Virus record (IMG/VR): IMGVR_UViG_3300031962_000002
Coordinates: 1-64,000 of that record
Length of the DNA stretch: 64,000 bases
Reading direction: 5' to 3' (one strand)
Source of the DNA: a virus
Below, piece by piece: positions 34,880 through 43,800 of the stretch; positions within the stretch are counted from its first letter, which is position 1; each line of letters opens with the position of its first letter. The translations under genes and the position numbers were made by a program. The notes under the pieces were generated by a model, which was not told the origin of the DNA, did no database searches, and saw only the letters and a list, made by a program, of their open reading frames with translations.

Positions 34880-37800
34880 TATTCTACTGGGGTTAGTACT
34901 GGATGTGCTTTGTACTCTTTCGCATTCTTAATAATCCTTTCATAATAATTCATTGCCTCTTTCAAAGTGAATTTATCCTCCGAAGTGATCTGACGCCCGA
35001 AGTGTGTCTGAGGATGATAGTTCTCATCGTTAAGAATGTGGTATAGGTCAATCCACTCGGACACTGGCTCTCCTTTGATCGGCACTTTCTTCACGCCGGC
35101 GAAAGGATTTGAACTTCTCAACTTCTGTTTGATGTTGGCTGGATTGCCTCCTTTTTGAAGGAATTCTCCGAGCCATTTATCAGCATCATCATATTTTCCA
35201 TAACGAAGTGCCAGCATGAATTTGTATTCAGCATCCTTCTGGTCGGCTCTGGTCGGATTTCCTGTCTCGCCCTTGCTCCCGCCAACATCACCGCCTTCGT
35301 AATTGTTAATAATTTTCTTGGCCGCATAATAACTCAATTGTTCGGTGTCAAATTCTCGGAGCAAAGAGTTATGAAATTTACGGCTCAAATAAGATTCACG
35401 TTTTGGTTTGTCACTCAAGGCATAGTTATACTCGTCACCAAGTGTCATCGACTTGAATAGATACTCCCATTTGTCGTTAATCGGAGTAGGATTAGTTATG
35501 TCAGGATAATAGGATTGACCAGAACCCAATTCAAATAGAGCCTTTGGTAACGGATTCACCAACTGCACTCCTTTGTTGAGCATGTTTGTTCCTATGCCTT
35601 TTGCTGTTTTGACAGTTTCTTTCACTGGCTGACCTCCTGTAAAAATCCTCTCCAGATCATCACCGATAGACCACAGCCCAAAGAAATCAATAAAGTCGTA
35701 GAAAGCTCCCTGAATCGGAACAGTAATAATGTGACCATCCCGAACGCCTACGATCAACTGAAGCCCCTTAATTTTAGTAGCCCGTAATCTTTTTTCATCA
35801 TCCTCATCTCCACCATACAATCCAAAAGCAAACTTATTCCATGCTTGGATTGCTGCTGTGAATAATCCCATCATCACATAGGCCCGTGCCATCTTGAAAG
35901 CAACCGAAGGAATACCGCGTGATACTGCCGATTTGATAATATCGCGTTGTGCCTGCGGCGAACTTGCATTTTTAAGCAAATTCAAATGAGTTTTCATGTT
36001 CACTTCAAACCAAGAATAGAAAGGCAATAATACTCGACGCATTTGGTGCGCTCCTTGGCTAAGATTCATGTAGTCTCCAAACACATCACGGGCGAGTTTG
36101 GCATTCTTCTGCCGGACATCTGTAATTTTACGAATTTGATCTGCTGGACTTGCCCAATAGAATGCTTCTCCTTTGGCTGTTTTTTCAACTGCCAGTTTAT
36201 ATGCGGCATATCGCAGAATGTTTTCACGGAATTGTACATAAGGAGAAACAGCCTTCATGTATTTGTCCCATAAATTGCCTGGAGCATCCTTGATTTTAAT
36301 AGCCAGTTTTTTCATGCCTTCTTTTCCGAGAATGTTTTCAATGCTTGGTGAATCACTTTGTAATGCTTCAGCCCACTTCTCTTTGCTGATATCTGCAAGT
36401 TCTGAAATCTGGAACCCAGAATTGATCACATCCCCTCTCATTGCCTCCAAAAGTTGTGGTGTTGTTTCTCCGTACTTCAAGTATCTCCAAAGTTCGCCAG
36501 TGGCTTCTTTGGCATACTTGGCTATTTTTGGTTCAACTTGGATAAGCCGATCAAGATCACTACCGAAGTTATTCAAATTGTATCGAAGCATTCGAGTAGG
36601 AGAAAGAATCATCAATTGCTTCCATGCTGATGTAATCTTTGTAGCCAGTCCTGTCGGCGCACTGACTGTCTCATTTTTTGCCAATTCTTCAAGTTGTTCG
36701 GCAAGTTGAGTCGGTATCATGTACTGCTTACGTTTTGGGCCTACCATTAATCCACTTTTAAGGCCGCTGATCAATTCGTCAACAATTGCCAAGGCATCAC
36801 TCAAGCCAGCATTGTCATTGTCTTCAGCTTGGTCTATGGCCCGATCAATGGTCTTTTGACTCACTGTTTTTCCCCAGAATAACCTATTATCTTCACTCAC
36901 GCGGTAGAAAGTGAATCCTTCTGGCAGATTATCAAATAGATAATTACGTTTCAATGCACGTTTGCCGTCTATATACTGTTTGACCTCTTTGCTGTCTTCT
37001 CCGAATTGCTTTTCAATTGATGCCAATTGAGCATCGAAATGTTTCTTAAATTCAGCGGAAATAGCGTTTAATTGCTTCTCAAAAGGTGCCACAAGGTCTT
37101 TAAGGATACGCTGTTTCTCCATCTCGTACATACCTTCAGAAACCACCTTGAATTCAGTCTCAATGAAATTGGTGCTGTAATCCAATCCTCGCGTTCCTTT
37201 CCTGCGCTTCTGGAAGTCACGCTTTTTATCAGCTATATCTTTTCCGAAGAGAATGCTCTTGTGCTCGTTTTCTGCATGGTATTCCAACACCCGACGATGG
37301 TAGTAACTTTCAATGTCATTTTCATCCAATAGACCAGATTCGATCAGTTGCCTCTTGAATTCTGCCATGAATTCTTCACGCATGTCGAATGCACGTTGAA
37401 TGCGTGGATCGCCCTTCATAAAAATGTCGTACTTCGTCAGTGCCCTATCAACTTGATCGGCATCATTAAATCCGAATGGCAGTTTTCCGTCAGGGCCAAC
37501 CATGTTCAATCCCTTTTTGATGGATTCCTGCATGTCGGCCAATATAATACGCATGGAAAAAATCTTGTACTGTTGCGGAGTCATTCCTTCAACCATTGTT
37601 TTTACGTATTGGTTGGCATTGCCTTTCGCCCATGGATAGAGTGTTTCAAATTCCCGTAGGATATTTGCCTCACGGGGCCATGTCTTGGCATCAAGAAATT
37701 TGAAGTGTTGAGTTGCCCAATTTTTAACGCCTGTGATGGCTTCTCCCCACGTTTTTTCCATGTTCTCGGGAGCGGGCGCTGCGGCCTTATCTATGCGTTC

Positions 37801-40800
37801 ATCTACTTCCTGATCACCAATTTTGACTTCTTCATTCAATTGGCGCTCCAATTCTTCTCTGGTCTTGCCGGATTGCGCGATAATGGCCAATAACGCATTA
37901 TTGCTGGGTGCTTTTTTAACCTTCCCAATTGGCTTAATTGGTAGGCCGGTAGTCATCGCCCCAGAAAATCCCTCGAAGTTCTCTTCGGCGTTTTTTTTTG
38001 AATTTTCGGCAATGATGTCCTCTAATGAATTTTTAGGTTCCTCTGGCAATTTTTCTTCTGATTGCTTTTCAGATTCAGCCTTCAATTCTGCTGATAGTTT
38101 ATTGCGCTTCTCTTCTGTCTCGGCCAATTCTTTGATATCCTCTTCTTTGGCTGCCACTTCTTTAACTCCTTCGGCACTTTTGAGATTTGATAAAGCGTCT
38201 TTGTACTCCTTTTCAGATTGTGAAATGTCAATCCGAATATCGCGAATGGTGGCCTGAACAGCAATCCGCAAGGTAAGAGGATTGATTGCCTGTGTTCGCT
38301 TGATAATGGCGACTGGGGAAATGTTCTTGTTGGTCACAGTGTCGTCGCCAAGATCAACACGCGCATCTTTGTAGCCTTCGTTTTGTCTGGCATAAACATC
38401 TATTCCTCCAATTGTACCAATTTGTCTACGGTATGTGCTGTGCATGGCGTCATTCGCCCGCTCGGACAATGCTTGATAAAACTCTTGGCGTTGTTTTGGA
38501 TTGGCGGTGTCGTATTCTTGTCCATTCACTTCCCCTTTGAATTTGGCAACAACGGTAGTGACCTTTTTAACTTTGCCTTTCTCATCTTTCGATTCCTCTT
38601 CGACTTCCTCAAGTTTTATGTTTTTAACTATTCGATCGGCCAAATCATTAACAATTCTCCGTTCTTCGCGGGTATAGTCCACGAACTTTTTCGCCTCATC
38701 AATTCTGCGGGAGCGCATGATATTTGCCCGCTTCGTAGATTCAACACGGTTTCTCAACTTTTCTGCTTTTGACTTCAACTTCTCCAAGTCAAGTATGCGG
38801 GTGTCTCCACTGATAGCGGCTGCAAATTCACTCATGGTCATACTCTCTCCGTCCTCGAAGTCCATCTCACGCAATCCTTTGGCCCCAGCCCGGAAGGAAT
38901 CAATCCCTGATTGTTTGCGAGATAATAGGTCAAACCGATAGGAGTCTATGGTTTCTTGGGTGCCATAATATTTAATCGCTACTTCCTTGTATGAGTTACC
39001 CCGGCGAATACCACGGCCATTCCTTTGTTCAAGGTCTGACGGCCTCCAACCAACATCTACATGGTGCATGGCGGCAATTTTGCTTTGCACATTGACCCCT
39101 GTACCCATCTTTTGAGTGGACCCGAGCAATACACGTACTTGTCCTTTGTTGACTTTATCAAAAAGTTCTTCTTTCAGTTTTTTGGTAGGAGCATCGTGGA
39201 TGAAAGCAATCTCTTTTTCGGGAATGCCTTTTGATACAAGAAGGTTTTTCAGTGCGTCATAAACATTGAAAGAGTTTACGTTATTTGCTTCCTCGATGAT
39301 AAAATCAGCTTCTGATGGATCAACCTCCAAAATGTCGATCAATTTTTGCTTTATCGCTGACTGTTCAGTCTGTTTCCAGATTGTATCAGTGTTCGGGATT
39401 TCATTCAATACCTCTTCGCCATACATTTCAATCACCTGATCGTGGACGCGATCACCTAACTTGGCATTTTTGTTCTTAGGGGTACCCATATCGGCAAAGA
39501 CCAACTGTGTACCTTTCTTTTCGGCTTCTTCATCATAGATTTTCTTAACCTCATCGGCTACTTTAAATAGTTTCCCGCCATCGGCTTTCTGGTGAGGAAA
39601 TACCAATCTCGGGTCAATGCTGGCTTTGGTACCTAATGTGGTGAGGACAAGTCCTAACGCCTTTTCTGCATCTCCTTGTGGATTGATGCCTATTGATTTT
39701 AGCGGAGCGATGCTGGCCGACTTAGAGGCATCGTAGATGGCCTTGGTTATCATTCTCACTGTCTCTGACTGCGGAATTAGGATAATTTCTGGTTTGCCTC
39801 CTTTTATTTCTGGCTTTTCAAGTTTTAAGTTATGCTCTCCGCGCACATCTGAAATCTCTGAATACAGACTTGCCAATTCTGGCACGTTCACAAACTTAGT
39901 TAATCGAGTTTTGTTCTTGATCACGCCAGCCACATTCTTCTCCATCTGCGAGGTGATCAGCGCGAAGTTCTTTAAGAACTGATCCAGACTCACCATTTGC
40001 AGTTTCTTCAAAAGGCTTGGCCGTAGGTACTGGAAAATATTGTAAACCTCAACCAATGAGTTTGAAATCGGGGTTCCGGATGCAAAGACAATACCCTTGT
40101 CTCCGCCGTGCATGTTTTGGAGATACCTGGTAACCATTTTCAAATTCGACGCTCTCTTTGAACCTTTCGCGGTGCCCATACCGGACACATTGCGCAACTT
40201 GGTCACAAAGTTTAGGTTCTTCATCTGCTGGGATTCATCCACAAAGAGCATATCCACACCCATGGTGCCAAAGTCTGTCCGACTGGCTCCAACACCCTTA
40301 TCTTGCAATTTTTCCAGTCTGGTTTTGAGGTTGGCAACGCGCTCTTCCAATGCCTTGGCTTGTTTCACCGCCCATTTGTCGCTCTTATCTGCGTTCATTT
40401 CCGACATGGCCGACCGCAATTCTTCAATCTCTCCTTCGATATACTGCGATTCAAATTCTGCCGGCAACGGGATTGTCCCAAGATTCTCATGGGTGATTAT
40501 CACAAGATCCCAATCATTATTTGCAATCTGCGCGAACAACCTTTGACGATTTGCAGCGGAGAAGTCTTTATCTGTTGGTGCCAGTATCTTCTTTTCAGGG
40601 TATTGGGCCTTGATTTGATCCATCATGCCGGGCACCACAGATTTCATTGTAGTTATCAGTGGCTTGTTAACCAGCCCTATTTCTTTCATCTTGATGGCCC
40701 CCACGGACATAACCAGCGACTTCCCGGCTCCGACCTGGTGATCAACCATCCCGCCCATTTTCTGCACGATCATCATTATTGCGTCCTTCTGGTGAGGATT

Positions 40801-43800
40801 CAGGTCATAACCTTGCATCCCTGGGAAGGTCAGGTGATCGCCATTGAATTTCTTAATGACAATGCCATTGAAATACTCATTGTATAGTTTTGACAGTTCG
40901 TTACCTGTCTTTTCATCGGCCTCAATAAGCCCGGCAAATTCGTTCTGGAGTCTTTCAGCCTTATCACGAACATCCTGCGTGAGTTTTGGAAGTGGTGTTT
41001 TGGTACCATCTGAATGAGTGACATAAAAGTCGGGCACATTTTTAGTGATAGCGGCTTTCACGACCACATCAACGCCACGGCGATGACCGTCTGGGTCGAA
41101 GGCTTCATAGTCGCCTCCCAGAACGCGGGAATTCACTTCGTAATCATCCGTGGCTTTATTGTACCGAACCGTCACTCGTCCTTCTCCAAATACTGAATCA
41201 AGGAATTGTTGTGTATATTTTAACGGAATCCACGATGCCCCCAACTGGAAAGTGATTTGTTCTTTGGGAATAGGCATCGGAATGATCTTTTTGAGCGCCT
41301 CAACATTGCGTTCATATTTCTGATCAACCTTAACCCATTGTTCGGCCTGCTTTAGCTTCTCAATGACGTTGCCTGATAAATACTCGTTCTTTTCAACGAT
41401 CTCGTCAGGCGTCTCAAAAATCTCATCTTTTATTCTTTTGATTGTTGCCTCTTCTGATTTCTCGCCGAGTACCTTCTGAATGAAAGGCATGTTGAGTTTT
41501 CCATAGTTGTTGATGGAAAACCCTATCGCTTCCTGTGGAACTTCGGTCTTTGTAAATTCATTCAGTTCTCTCTTGATAGGTTTTTCAACAACATCTGAAA
41601 ATGTTCCATCCGATTTTTCAAGGGCTGACACCGCATAAAAATCGGGATCAGAAACCAGTATGCGATTGATCGCTTTGTTGCCTTTTGCAAGTGAGTTGAG
41701 GTTTGATGGTTTGATTATCCTGATAAAATTCTTTAGCGCAATCCGAAGGCGTGAACGCTCTTCTTTTGTGTCCTCATTGAGTTTGTCTTTTGCCAAAACA
41801 TCAAAGTAGATTTTCTTAGTATCAACAAATGCCTTCAAAATAGGCATGTCCTTCTCGGCGGGCATCACGCCTTTGCCAATCTCTTCGATTGAGTATTTGC
41901 CTGTATCCCGGTCGAAGTCGCGCACGAAGTAATATTTCCCTTCATTTTCAACAATGCCACCAGATACCATCCGGCCCAGCGGTGTGATTTGAAGAGTCTG
42001 AAGGGTGTCCTTTTCTTGCGCCTGACGTTCGAGTATGGGTGCCTTTTTGGCCATCTCGGCAAGTTTTTCGCCTACCTTGGTTGGATCAAATTCACCTACC
42101 AAAGTGTATCCTCTTTCAGCATTGTAAAGTCCACCGGCCTTGAATTCTGTGCCAAAGATGTTTTCCGGGTTCTTTTTGAAATACTCATTGTACTGGATAT
42201 CCTGATTGGGCAAAGCGGGGTTGTTGTGCTTTACATTTTGGGTTACAATGTTCGAAATCTGGTCGACGCCGGGAACTGATGGTGTAATCTTCTTCCTCAA
42301 AAGGATGATATCAGTCACCACCTGGGTACCGGCATCGGCATTGAATGCTGAAGAAGAAAGCCTAACGGCGCCTACAAAATCGGTTTCCTTGTTGATTAGG
42401 TCCCTGGTGCCTTGGTTTCCCGGCGTATCGAGGATATTTGATGTGGTCAAAATCGCCACATATCCACCCGGCCGCACCGAATCAATGGCTTTGGCAAAGA
42501 AGTAGGTATGCAGTTTATCTTGGCTCTGTTTCCACAGACCTCCGCGCTTGTCCAATTGAGGATCGTACACATGAGCTGACCCAAAAGGAATATTGGAAAC
42601 GAACAAATCATAGTAATTTGACGGAATTGAGGCGCTTTGCAGCGGGCTATTAATAATTGATGCCTTCGGATATAGGTATTTGCTGATCAAAGAGCTTACG
42701 ACATCCATGTCGACGCCTTTAACCCGGCTATTGCCGGACATCGCCGCTGGCATCCCGCCTATAAACCGACCAGTTCCTACTGAACCTTCAAGGATTTTGC
42801 CCCCTTCAAATCCTCCAGCGCCAAGCCCTTCATAGATTGCCCGAATAACAGGCAAGGAGGTGTAATAGGCATTGCGTGTTGAACTTTTGGCTGTCTCCAA
42901 TGGCTTTGTGCCAGTCTTCTCCCCAATGTCCTCCAAGAGGCTTTTGAGCTTTTGGGCATCATCAAAGAATTCGAGGTTTGATTTCGTCCAGTCTTTGCCG
43001 AGCTTGTTGTCAGAAAGCAGAATCTCGCCCAGCGGGCCTAACCCATTGTATTTGGCGAGTGCTTCCTTTTGTTCATCTGTGGCAAAACTGTCCGGATTGT
43101 CCAAAAGATTATTAATCACCTCCAACGCCGCGATGTTGTCAGTGTATGCCTGCCGCTTGGAGAATGTCTTGTTCTTAGTCCTTTCCCAGTTCTCTGGGTA
43201 GACAAAGTTGTGCTGGATCTCGGAGTCCTTTAATTCAGGCCGTAGGCGTCCCTCATTGCCTCCTGAAGGCTCTCCTGCGGGCTCATTCCCGTTTTCTCGT
43301 ACATCTCCTGGTTGTGATTCACCAGGCTGACTAACGTTTCCATTTGCTTCTTCGCCTCCAGTTCCTTTTCCTTGTTCAGTTCCTCCCTTCTCTTCTCCGG
43401 CATTGCGTTCAGCATTGACGCTACTGGTCCGTGAACCTCCTTCACCAACCACTGTTCCAGTTTTGTTAACATTTTCTTTAGGTGTTAATTTTTCAAGTTC
43501 TCTTTCGTTGACTACCTTTTCGATAGTCTCTTTCGGAATATCTTGGACGTTTTCAAATTTCTCACCAGTCCGCTTCTCCACTGAATTCAACAAGTGAGAA
43601 GGATTTTCAAATCCTTTCTTTTTGGCTATCTCGTCCGCATGAGATTTAGCCTCTTCCTTAGTCAGAAATTCCCCTTCAGGCGTGGCGACATGATAGCCGC
43701 TGCCGGGAATTATGTGCACTGGTTGAGACGAAACAATGTTGCCTTTCAGAACCGCACGGACTCCGTTCTTGTCCTCCCCTACTTTATCCCCTTCCAGGTT

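Noticed and set aside
35118-42965. Numerous short antisense and alternative-frame ORFs within the helicase and C-terminal part of the giant gene
   Set aside because: They overlie well-formed main-frame domains and lack protein-like features or start signals.
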